A DNA stretch of 64,000 nt from Chlorokybus atmophyticus (Eukaryota > Plantae > Mesostigma and Chlorokybus algae). Positions 11,892-23,611 of this stretch are shown one piece after another; within the stretch, counting starts at the first letter, position 1; each line of letters opens with the position of its first letter. A program made the position numbers and the translations under genes. The notes under the pieces are model-generated. The model did no database searches. It saw nothing but the letters and a program-made list of their open reading frames with translations, and was not told the DNA's origin. The DNA lies in NCBI GenBank assembly GCA_009103225.1, contig RHPI01003508.1:234725-298724 (forward strand). Reading direction: 5' to 3'.

Positions 11892-12707
11892 CACTACCCG
11901 CCCACGGAGTGCTACCTCTATAGAGGTTATCCGCCCTTATTAAGGAATAAATAAGGGTCCCAACGGGTATATACAACCAATTGATCCGTATTAAGGCTGT
12001 TAACTTAATGTTAAGGTCTTAATGTGGTGTTACTTATCTGTAAGGCTGATATCGACATGAGTCTCATGCCGATATCAGCTACGTAGCGGTGCTGCTAACG
12101 CAGCGGCCGCCATAGCCAGGGTGTAAGAAAGGGGGTGCTACCGCCCCCTTTGATCCCCTACCCCAACACCACCACCACAGCCACGTCGTCGCCGCCGCCG
12201 CCGCCGCCGCTGGCAGCTAGGGGATCGAAAAAGATCCCCTGGCTATGGCGGTCGCTGCTTTAACAGCGCGGCCATGCGGCTAATATTGACTTGAGACTCA
12301 AGTCTCAAGTCAATATCGGTGTTACATAACATAACACCTTATTAGGGCCTATAAAGGCCCTAATAAGGTGTTATGCTATATTCGACTTTAATGGCTGTGT
12401 TTATCCTGGACCCTTATTTCTTATTAAATAAGGGCGGGGAACCGCATAGCGGTAGCACTCCGTTGCACACGGGAATTTCGACTCTGTCAATAACCCCAGG
12501 CGGCGGCGGTGTGGGCGACGTGGCTGGTGGCAATGTTGGGGTAGGGGATTAGAGGGGGCGGTAGCACCCCTCCTTACATCGGTATCGGGGCAAGAACGGC
12601 ACGCGCGCCTGCGAGAGGGTAGGCGACGTCGGCAAAGGGCAGGCGGCAGCGACTGCGGCAACGGCGGCGGCTACTAGCCACCTAGCTCCTAGCTAGGGTG
12701 GGTAGTG
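11892..12707. repeat. Cluster of nested inverted repeats and perfect hairpins (possible CACTA-type MITE or LTR region)
   Basis: Inverted repeats 11904-11961/12407-12463, 12100-12120/12238-12258 and 12122-12205/12499-12579; perfect hairpins 12283-12316 and 12330-12375; outer CACTACCCGCCC...GGGTGGGTAGTG (11/12 match) without a matching TSD. Confidence 0.7.
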
Positions 12708-13092
12708 GTTGTTGTTGGTTGTTGTGTATTGTTGTATAGTTGTATAGCTGCTGCTTAACCCTGCTAGCCTAGCCTAGCCTAGCCTAGCCTGCCTGGCCTA
12801 GTCTAGTTTGTTATTGTGAAGGGAAGCGGCCATCCAAGTCCCTCCCTGAAGCATTGCATGTAAGCACATCACATAGTCAACACATATTGATTACAATCAA
12901 CTGTGTGTGCTTACCACCACGTGGATTCGTGGTGGTGTAAGGGTTTTTTATCAATTGTTTTTGGATGAATCCCCTTAAAAGCAGTTCGGTGGCAACATCG
13001 ATTGTCCCGTTACCGCCAGTTAGTGCGGTGAGGCCGCCAGAATTTTTTTGTATGGCTGATATCAAACCTAAGACTCACAATTCGTCAATATT

Positions 13093-13611
13093 TGTCACAG
13101 CCCACTCGACCATAAGAGACTTAGTGCTTTCATAGTCGATTTGTGGTAATTCAATGTACCTTCCCATCACATTTTCCCCCATTTAAGAACGCTGACGTCC
13201 TCGGCAGCTGGCTCCCATCAGCTGGGGAATCATCCCCAGGGGCCTGATTAGGGTCGGTCACCGGCCCTACCACCCAAGGAACGGCCAATTTTGGCCCATA
13301 CCGGTAAACGCGCGCATGCGCACCGCTGCCGGCCCCACAGGTTGCATCGCGCCAGGCAGGTCGCGCCCTGCCGCGCCGACTGAACGCCGGCACGACTGCC
13401 ATTAGGCAAGTCGCAACCCATTAATGATGGCACTTATGAAGTGACCATTGACGATGTTACTGGATCGAGAAACAACCACCATGGAAGTCGTGTGCAAGGC
13501 AGGATTCGAACCGGGTCTCAAATTCCAATGACCAATGTCACAGCCCACTCAACCATAGAGACTTGGTGCTTTTATGGTCGATTTGTGTGATTTAATATAC
13601 CTTCCCGTTAC
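13093..13611 (-). mobile_element. TRIM (terminal-repeat retrotransposon in miniature), 519 bp, non-coding
   Basis: Direct repeats 13093-13171 and 13536-13611 with TGT...ACA ends; 5-bp TSD ATATT at 13088-13092 and 13612-13616; on the minus strand a PBS-like TGGTCATTGGA 1 nt after the 5' LTR and a polypurine tract GGGGGAAAA abutting the 3' LTR. Confidence 0.92.
13502..13555 (-). promoter_or_regulatory. Putative type-2 RNA polymerase III internal promoter in the TRIM
   Basis: Minus strand: A-box-like TGGTTGAGTGG (13555-13545), 32-nt spacer, consensus B-box GGTTCGAATCC (13512-13502). Confidence 0.6.
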
Positions 13612-16600
13612 AATATTGGCTTGTGAGGACGATTTGACGAGATTTTGGCACTTCGTGTGTCAATTACAATTGGGAGTTGGGTCGGGTTGCACAAAGTAGA
13701 CTTTGAGCAGCCATAGCTTGTGAACCGTCGCGTGCATTTGCCTGCGGCTTGTTCCAAAGTGATTGTCTAGTTGGGAGGTGTGTGGAGAGCTCTTTTTTGG
13801 GCTGTATACTCCGCGTCAACCCCTCGAAACTTGACGAGACAAAATTACTAGGATTTAGCAAGTTGCGACGGAATGGTCGGGCGGCTTCAGTTTATCTGCA
13901 GGAGTTTCAAGCATTGGTGGGTCGTCGCGCAAACAGTGGCCTCATGCCCATGAACAAGGCTGAGCGGTTTGAGTTGTACAAGCGCGGCTTGGATGCGCGT
14001 GTGCGCGATCAGCTGCAGTACAACACGTTAACGGGACTTCCTTGGGTTCCTGAGGACCTGGCCAAATGCAGAAGCTGAGTGTGTATCTGTACAATGATGA
14101 CACAGCAGTGCAGGACAAGTCGCATGTGGCAGCTGCGGCCAAACCGTAGGGGGTGGGAGGAAAGCGTTACCCTCAACCGAGTGCGCACGCGGCAAAGAAG
14201 GCAAGACATTCACGCCTCCCACTGGTGGCACATCTGCTAGAAGTGCTACACCTGCTGCGGCTCGCACATGTTACGTCTGTCATTAGAAGGGTCACATTCC
14301 AAAGAACTGTTGTACAAAGGTGAAGGGCAAGGCTAAGAAGGTTGAATAGGATTACGCCGTGACTGGTGTAGGTTTGGTTGATAGCCAGTTGCTTGAGATG
14401 CATGTAGCAAATTGGTTTGATGATCTGTCCCAAGTGCATTCAATGACACATGCATGGCAAGCACATGACAAGTTGCCACCTTTTTATGTTGAAAAAGCGG
14501 AAGAGAACGCTTGTGTGCTGGTACATGTGGAATTCAACATGCTGTCCGATGTGTTGCATGCATTGACTGAGTTGCAAATAAAGCATAACACTTTGAGTAT
14601 GATGGTAATGGTGCCAAAGTATCATGGCCCATGGTTAAAGCATATTCGGGGGGGTACTGTGCTGAAAAAATTTAGCAATATTAGTTTCCCTCGCATTAGT
14701 CACGGACTCTTGGCTACATTTCAAGGACGGGTGGTACCCTCGTTGTGGACATTTAATGGCACAATGTAAGGTGTTATTACTTCGTTCTTGATTGACACTA
14801 ATGCAACACACAACTTCGTTTAGGAACAACGGGTTGTGCGCAACAAGATAGCGTGAGAACCCTTAGCATTTTCAGCTGCCGGTGCAGGGGGTGCGTTGCC
14901 AGTAAAAGGGGAATAAAAATGAAGGTGAAGAATGGTTATTATCAAGCCACTCTTCCTTTTATAGTGGTATCCATCAACATATCAGGTGTTGATGTGGTAT
15001 TATATGACAGGAATGGTTGGAAAATGTCAAAATGACATTAGATACTGGCGCACGCCTGTGCATAGTAAAGAAAGGTCGTAAGCGTGTAACATTGTCTGTG
15101 AAAGTGTCACATAACTTGAAGCACAAGCAGCCCGACCTTGCGCTACTCACTGCACTGCAAGTGAAACGTGCGTTGCGCAAAAACACATCGGCTTTTCTGG
15201 TACACTTGACGTCGTCGGACGGCTTTGTGCCAAGTACTACAGAAGGTGTTGTAGACATCATTAACAAGTATCAAGATGTGTTCTCAGATGAGTTGCCAGT
15301 CTTACCTCCTGATTGAGGTATCGGACAGATAATACCACTCATTACTGATAGTGAGCCTCCGCTTCGGCCTACATATAGGTTGAGCCCCCGAGAGAGGGGG
15401 GAAGTGGAAACTCAGATCAAGGAGTTACTGGAAAAAGGATTGATTGAAGCGAGTTCTTCACCCTTTGGCGCGCCCATCTTTTTGTTATGAAAAAGAATGG
15501 ATAGCTGCATGTGTGTGTAGATTACCGTGCGTTAAACAAGATCAAAGTAAAGAGAATCGATACCCGTTACCCCGGATTGATGATGTATTTGATAAATTGT
15601 TGGGAAATGCGTACTTCAGGACTGAATTTTGTAAGTGGGTATTATCAAATCCAGATTCATCGTTCTGGTGTTTACAAGACAGCATTAAGAACACCTTCAG
15701 GCCATCATTAGTACAAAGTGTCACCATTGGGATTGAGTAATGCGCCCACAGTGTTTCAGAAGGAAATAAATAAGATCTTTGGTGGCATACTTGGCAAGTA
15801 TGTTATGGTATACTTGAATGACATCATTATATTTAGTAGAACCAAAGAAGAGCATAAGCAGCACTTGGAAGCGGTGTTTGCCTTACTGCGTACATACTGC
15901 TTGTTTGCCAATCTTGCAAAGTGTGACTTTCGCAAAGCGGAGTTGCCATTCTTGGGGCACATTGTGAGCGGTGTGAGTGTCAAACCTGACCCTCGCAAAG
16001 TGCAAGTTGTAAGGGATTGGCCCCAACCCAAGAATATACATCAGCTGCGATCCTGACGTGCTGCGCGCGCGACCTGTCACGCGGCGGGTAGGTCGCAGCA
16101 GCGCCGTGCGACCCACCTCACCTATTGGCACTGCAAGTAATAAAGCATCTGTTGAAAAAATGCTATGATGTTATGTAATAACATGTTATGCGGAAGCATT
16201 ACCATTGATAATGACTTTGATCATATCATGTCATGGGTGGGATCAAACACTGTATGATGATGCATTATAATGTACAATGAATTGCCCATCACTTGTTAGC
16301 ACACATATCGCATCACAAATATTACCAATATTTATCAGTGGTACGCATGAACAAGATATGAAATACGTACTCGCCAACGAACTCTGGAAAAAGTACGAAA
16401 AAACAAGCATACTTTGCATACCACGTAGTAGTATGCGTACTGCGTACATTGTAACTATGGTTGCCACTGCCGCTGCCTTGTGGTTGCGGTTGCCGTCTGG
16501 GGCAGCCATCTCTTCTTCGCTGTCGGCATTGATGTTTAACGAGGGAAGGAAGATAGTAACTCGCAGCAGCAAAGGGGTTGTCGATGCCCGCTTTGTCAGC

Positions 16601-18228
16601 TATTGGAAAGGAAGAGTCTGAGGCAACGTCTGCTAGGGATATAGCAGCCTTAGCCCATCTTAAGCCTCTAAATGACCTTGTTTTGCGTGCTCCCCAGCTG
16701 AGTTCTTGACTCAAGTGAGGCATGCACACCGCACGCCAAGAGCGCAAGCATGGCAATGTGGAATGCACACCACAAAAGCAATGACTGAGCTCTCTAGAGT
16801 GAGCTGCAAGTCAACAAGCTCCTGAGCAAGGACACTTGGGGAATGCACACAGCAGTCACGCAATGTATATGTGGGGAATGGATAGCTAAGTAAGACAAGA
16901 TCACACACTACAAGCACCAAGTGTGCAAGTGAGCGGGCAAGCATGGTCACTACTGATCAGTGAGTGAAGTGCGAGCAAGCCCTGTAGTAGTGTAAGTATG
17001 GTGCAGTGTGCAGGTAGCAAATGCGAGGCCACAAGCATGAGAGCAAGAGTGCACACTTACACGTGTACAGGCAAGGCGAGTCCGGGGATGAGCGACGGTC
17101 TGTCAGAGCAGCTGGTACGCCTTTTACAACACATACACAACTAACACTGAACTACTTGCATTGCGGGGGTCCTACTTCGCTGAGCGTCGGGCGCTCATCG
17201 GCCCCAAGGTGGGCCAACTGGTTTGTCTCGGGCAGTGACGCCGCCGCTTTTGCTCCAGTCTGTCTACTTGCAGCTCACTGCCGACACTTCCGGCGGGAGG
17301 TGCCTAAGTAGACTGTTATTAAGGCCCGCCGCTATAAAGACGGGACGATATGGGGACTCCCCATTGGTGGAGGCCAGTGCTGACAGCCGGCTGTCACGCG
17401 GCCCGCAGACGTAAGGACTGCGTCCGAATTGGCGGGACTTTGGGGCCAGTAGGTTGAACATATATTGATCGATCCGGATGTCAACAAGGCAACACTGGTG
17501 TGTTATAGGATGCGAGAGGAAAGTGCGTGTCGAGGGTCACCACCGTGACAGTATTGAAGTATGCCTCAAATCTCTCAAAGTTAGCAGTAATGCATATCAC
17601 CACTTGATATGGATGTAACGATCACCCTTGCCGATGAAAGTTTTAATTTGCAAAGCCAACCACGACGATGCAATGACATCTTATGTTATTTTAGATGACT
17701 GCTCTGCCAATGATGGTTGAACCGCTTTCAAGCATGCTGCTTGAAATGTACTCGGGTAGTGGTAGTGATTGAGTCGGTCATTGAAGGTGAGCTTTGCAAC
17801 ACATCATTTGTAAACAGCTTGCTAATGACTCCACAAGCGTGGAAGCTCCCTTACCGACGATTGAATATGTTTATTTAAGCATAAAGTCTTATTATGGACA
17901 TTGAACATGCATAAATGTTATTACGGTGTATTACACATTGCATAATAGCATGCAATGTTAAGACATACTGAAATGCATATACTATACCAATAGGCATTGC
18001 CTGTTGAACCTTGCACATGAACACTTCTCCTGTTGTCAGCGACGACATGCTTGACAGGAATGTCGTGTTGTTTCTGTTGGCGGGTTTCTCAAAAGTTTTT
18101 CATGTTAACTCGTATGATCGCTGCCAACACGCACTAGGACGACACCTGACGTATCATGTTAACAAGCTTGAGACCAACTTAACAGTCATAATGTGATATA
18201 GCACGGCCCACATATGATGTGCGCACAT

Positions 18229-19910
18229 TATGGGTAGTGCGCGCACATTATATGCCACCCTCATCGACCACACATGCTTGCACGCTGCCTAGCAGTATGC
18301 ATGCACGTGTGCACAATAACTTGATGCTTACGAAATGGGACCAGTATCCACATAGGCAAATTCCTGCTTGGGTAGTATGAAGGTAAAGGTTGCAAGGGAG
18401 CACGCAAGGTGGAGAAGCTGACAATGGGCGGGTTGTTGTGTTAAAAACAGACTCGGTCAACAACTGTTGGTAGGTGTGTATGCATAAACTCGCGTGCCTT
18501 ATTTGCATGGTGTGTTCAATCACGATGTTTGCGGCTTTTTACAAGTGAAGACCATCGACATCCCTGAGGACGAGGGTCAAGTCAGATCCAAGGACCATTC
18601 AAGTACTGAATCATCTGCAAAGCAACATAGGCTATGTCAGCGGCTTGGATTATTGACAGCTAAGTCTTTTGAAAACATGTTGCTAATTTGGTGCATGCCA
18701 ATGATGCTATATTGCCGTTGGGTATGGCATTTTGGGACAATCGAGTTGCCGTCATATCTCAGGTAAGAAACACTTCAATGCATCACGGATGTACTATTCA
18801 TGGTTTTTGTGACTAAGCTCTTACATGTTACCTCTTGCGCAGGAGGATGCCGCGTTGTGGATCGGTCAGATTAATTACGTGACGGCTTTATGACTGATCA
18901 ACACGATTGACGCAGGGGCTTCTCAAAGTACTAGTAGTACTACTTTTTAAAAGACCACGAGTGCAAGCCCATCTACTGCGATGTGGAGGGCATCGCGTGG
19001 ATAAACCACCATCGGGCTGTGACCATCGCGCTGTTGGCCAAAGCCAACTAGCCATACACTTGCAAAACAAAGACTAGTCGCTGCACATCTTTGGGCTACC
19101 GATGCATTGAGAAAAGGGATGAGCAATATATGTTAGCTTGGCATCTCCTATTCAATTTGGCACAAAACACTGACGTGGATGATGTTTGAGTACAGTGGTA
19201 TGCTAGTGCATATTGGTCCTAACTCTAAAGGTCAAATTGTACATGACCAACCATTTGCATGGACTACAGTGCTGTGTAATGCCACGGCCGTCTATCGTGG
19301 TCTTTTGCAAATGCTAAACCCAGAACATCAAATAAGTCTGTCATCTGCCATCTCAAGTGAGCATGTTCCAAATTCAGAGCTCCACCAATATAGCTGCTAT
19401 ATCACTCTAGTCACGAACACATCACACATAACATTGAATAACACTACCCCGTTAGCGTTGAAATCATGACCGTACCGACATGCATGCTTATAACAGCCTC
19501 GTGCTGATCTTGTACAATCATGATACTCATGAGTGCTGGCAACACGTCGGCAAGCTGTCCTCTATATTGTGTGGGAAGGGAGAGATGGCAACTTGGCATC
19601 ATCAGAGGTCACAAGCACTTGGGGCAATGCATAAATGTTTGGTGTGTAGGGAGTGTGCACAGAACATGCGAGAGGGGTATGCTCGTTCAGACCACACCGC
19701 GTGCTAAATTGGCGACTGGTGCCCACGTCAGACAATACCTGATGTATCATCCAAAAGAGAGATGCATGCTATCCAGTCGGTACTGTATTCGTGCGCATAC
19801 CGCCCGCCCCCCCCCCCCCCCCCCCCCCCCCCCCNNNNNNNNNNNNNNNNNNNNNNNNNNNNNNNNNNNNNNNNNNNNNNNNNNNNNNNNNNNNNNNNNN
19901 NNNNNNNNNN

Positions 19911-19943
<33 letters not shown>

Positions 19944-20399
19944 TTATTGGGGGTCGGTGGGTGGTCCATTCGCACAAATACGATATCTAAGTACGTGCGT
20001 TGTGTGCTGTTTGCGTGTCAAGCATGCATCCCAGTACAGTATGCACAGTTGCACCGCCGAGTGACATGAGACAGCTTGAGGCGGCACACAAAACTGCAGC
20101 TCAACTTTCCCAAAATCGCCAGCAAGTCACAACGCAAACAACTTACATCTGATATTTCGCCCTGCCAACATGCCATGTAACCACAGCAGGCGGGTCATAC
20201 CACATCAGCTGTTTGGCTTGTCCGCCCCTTCCGTGTCCTGTCCCGGTCTGCCCTCGCTGGAAGCGTCATTGCCACTCTCTTGTTGACCAGATTGTCCTGC
20301 ACGCGCCTGCTCTGCCTGGTCCTGAATCGCTTGTAGGAAGGCGTCCAGCCGATACCCATACCTACACAGAAACGACCATGATGAGTAATAGCAACTGAT
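18229..20399. repeat. Local direct duplication 1, copy B
   Basis: Co-linear with 7851-9726; includes a poly-C-flanked N gap at 19835-19910. Confidence 0.9.
18356..19110 (+). pseudogene. Degenerate copy of the last four exons of the secreted propeller gene
   Basis: GKFLLG*YEG (versus GKFLLGLCEG), VKTIDIPEDEGQVR, QEDAALWIGQ and LHIFGLPMH* are recognisable, with stops and frameshifts; 5' exons are missing. Confidence 0.88.
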
Positions 20400-23300
20400 G
20401 TGTGAGTGTGGGGGCGTGCATGTGACTGAACTGAAAATTGGTATGCTGTGAGGGTGTGAGAAGGCATGCATGCGTACATGTGTGGGTGCATGGAAAATGC
20501 AATGCTGTCAAGGCCTAAAACCTGTTGTTGTCAAGCGGCAGTGTTTATAATTCAGTTGCGCTCACCTGTCAGGGTCGATGCCGAACTGAGTGAGGTCGAG
20601 ACGGCCGCTCTGCAACACCTGAGTGAAGCTCTCCAGTTGCGAGCGAAACTGGGGGCTCTGCACGAGGTCTGCCATTGCCTGCGGGGAACGCATGCTGTCC
20701 GGCAGGTACGCCGCCAAGCGCTCGTGCATCTCGGGATCTTGAAGCATTGGAAGCACCACTTCCGGAGTGAGCACATCAGCCAAGCTGGGTCCTGCAGGGG
20801 TCAGGAGAACAATGAGAACACTGACATGTGCAAGCTGCAAAGTAGCAGGGCCGTAGTGACTGTGCAGACAGCCATCGCATGCACAGCGACAGCTTGAAGG
20901 TGTGAGAGCAAAACACGTAGAGCATCAGCAGGGTACCTGGTTGTTGTTGTTGATGACCGCCTGTTGCTTGGGCAGCAGCCGAAAGAGCTGCGGCTGCCTG
21001 GTCGGGATGGATGTTTTGAGGTTGATTATGCGCACCTGCATCAATATGCACAAACAACTCAATGTCAAACACTACAGCACGCAGGCCCTGCTTTCTGCCT
21101 GGTATAAGGTTAGACCAACCAAAAGGCCCTACCTGACATTCCGCCCTGCTGCTGCTGCTGCTGAGCCACCTGCGCAAGGATGTTCTGCAGTTCCTCATAG
21201 CCAACCTGCGGCGGAGGCCGCCTCGGCGGCCGGTCTGGTTGCGCAGAGGAAGCTGGAGTTGAGTGCTGAGGCGTTGTGGTCGTCGCGCTGTCCTCCATGC
21301 TGTGAAAGACAGGCAGGAACGCAGCATGAGCGCACGCACACGACTGAGACGGGAGAAGCTGATGCTCGAAGCATTAGCAGTGCGACTTGTGTTAATGCGT
21401 TTCTCACGCAGTTGCTCTACACGGGTGACTTCCAGTACGATGCGACGATTGTCATGCTGTAGCAAAATAGTCTGTCTGTGAGACACAGCAGCGATGCTAT
21501 TGGCTGTGCTCAGCATGCAGAGTCTGACCGTGTATCTGCCCCTTCATGCTGCACCTCGCTGCTCTGAAATGAGCCAGGCGTTTCCGCCTCCACATCTACA
21601 TCCGAGCACAGCTTTAGATAAGCCAGTTAGACAAGGCAGCGACTGGTGTGTTGACTTGTTTCACACACCGAGAACTTGAACCTGCCTTGCATCGCCGAGA
21701 TGGCTGCATTAACGGCTGTGCAAACATCCGCGTCCGCATCCGTGTTGGGCTCTTGCATCCAGAACAGGACCTCCCTTCCTCCAGATGCAAAGCGCAGTTT
21801 GTACACGCGCTGATTTGTCTGCTCCACCTGCAGACGGCATCCAAACAATACTGAGCATCAGTCCATGCACGCATAACCTTTCTCAACCAAACTATGACTG
21901 CAAGTCCTAACCTTGTTGAACTGCGCGTCACCGGGAAATAGAATGAAGTCCTGCATGGAAGAAATCAATCTGTCAACTAGCTTGCATCCATATTATACGA
22001 AAGCTAATCATGATGTGGTGCATTGTTGGCTCTGGCATGTCACGGATACAATGCAAACCCCCAAAGCACACCATACGATGGTGCAACCCTTTACAAAGCC
22101 AACTTACATCTTCTACGGTGCCAGAAATCCGATCCTGCCACTGGAAGTACACCAGATCATCATGCATCTGCCAGGGACAAAAGGTGTTCAGTCCATTGGC
22201 GTATTAGAAGTCAGCAGGCACCCCTGGCGCAACCACAGCATTTTGGCAACAAACCCGCGAGACAGGAATGTTGGCACAGATCTAAGGCACACCGCTTCCC
22301 ATTTGCTAACCATCTTGCACGCACCAAGAAACGACAACAGCAAGCAAACCACACAAGAAGACCACAGTGCCACAGGCATTCCCTCCCTTGCCGCATGCAT
22401 TGGGACTACGTGGTGTGGTTACTGCCAGGCTTACTCGCACGACGCGCACAAGTCCTCGGCGAGTGTCCGGCCGTGCTGTGCCCTCTTCAAGCTTCATCTT
22501 TCCCGCCTTGAACTGCACCAAAACCTGCACAATACTTATGTTACTGAACAGACAGTTGCTCCACTCTCTGAAGCAATGCACATGAGACACTCCGCTCTGA
22601 GACACTCCGCTACCATGACATGCACAATGTGCATATAACAATAGCTGAGTGCGCAATGAGTTGACGGCTCTACTAGTGTAGTGAACTCAATGCGAGTGAT
22701 GATCTTTTGCTGGTGAGGTGACGACAGGTACAGCAGACATACAGCAGAAGCAGCGAATAAGTGACGACTTTGCTAGTGTAATGAGCTCAGTGCGCAGCGT
22801 ACTGATGGCGTTGCTACATCCATTTGCTGGACATTGCGCAAGGTCAAAGCCAATCCACAGCTCAATCATAAGCCATGGACAGATTGCATTGCAAGTAGCA
22901 TGGAGCATCCAAGCACGTATCCAAGTTGAAAGCTGTGCACAGACAGAAACAATCCGGCATGGGTAAACTTTTGTAGCTACAAAAGCTGAGAGCTGTAAGC
23001 ATGCTTGAGAGTGATGTCAAAATCTCGCTGGGATTGTAAGGTGAGAGGGCACGAAAGTGTGAGGAGCAAATGCAGCACGGGACAGTTCAGCCAACACGGG
23101 TTGCAGTCATCCTGCTAAGTAACACCGCTTCATGTTGCAGCTGTGCAACATGAAGCTAACACTTGCTGCAGCGCGTGTGCATCCGCAACTCAACGATTGC
23201 AACTCAACAAACGCATGCATGGGTAATTTGCAGCTTCGTATGCGTACAGCTAGGCAACTGCACTGTAGTGGGAAACAAAGTCGGTTGCGCTAACCAAACA

Positions 23301-23498
23301 ACAGCGTGCCCTTGGGCATGAGAGCATGCAAACAAGCTGGGCAAGCCGCAATCGTCAACAGCTGCTCAGCTGCATGTCAACAGCGGAGCAGCTGCTCCGC
23401 TGTTGACATGCACGAAGAGAGAGAGTAGCGACAAGTGTACCAGCCATTACAACGTTGGAGCTGACATCCCTTACCTCCTCGCCGCCTGGCGCCGCCAT
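20205..23498 (-). CDS. RPN13: 26S proteasome ubiquitin receptor Rpn13/ADRM1
   Basis: Pru domain exons VLVQFKAGKM, PDTRRGLVRV, DDLVYFQWQDR, DFILFPGDAQFNK, RVYKLRF...FWMQEP; C-terminal UCH37-binding region LADVLTPE...LVQSPQFRSQLESFTQVLQSG...QFGIDP. Confidence 0.93.
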
Positions 23499-23611
23499 GT
23501 CGCTCCCCTCCGCTGCGCCCTTGCCGCTGCTCCTTCACCCGAACAGCGCCTGCAGCAGCACCAGTTTTGGCTGCTGCCGGCAGCTGTCAGCTGCCTGCTC
23601 CTAGCTGGCTC

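Larger units (their letters stand above)
12990..16056 (+). mobile_element. Decayed Ty3/gypsy LTR retrotransposon: gag, CCHC knuckle, extra domain, protease, RT; truncated before RNase H and integrase
   Basis: Gag-like LRRNGRAASVYLQEFQAL...LYKRGL; CYVCH*KGHIPKNC (14269-14310); protease LIDTNATHNF (14794); RT SPFGAPIFF, CVDYRALNK, RYPLPRIDD, GYYQI, PLGLSNAPTVFQ, VYLNDIIIFS (YLDD mutated to YLND), FLGHIVS. Many stops and frameshifts. Confidence 0.92.

Noticed and set aside
13093-13611. Reading the TRIM B-box as a genuine tRNA gene
   Set aside because: No acceptor stem or cloverleaf can be formed, and the region sits inside an LTR/TSD-bounded element.
14348-14350. In-frame TAG between gag and pol as a programmed read-through site
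   Set aside because: The element has many other in-frame stops, so this one cannot be distinguished from decay without sibling copies.
19805-19940. Poly-C tracts and poly-Pro/Gly ORFs around N gaps (also ~51585-52270, 53441-53537, 58462-59177)
   Set aside because: Assembly gaps at homopolymers; the long X-containing ORFs are artefacts.
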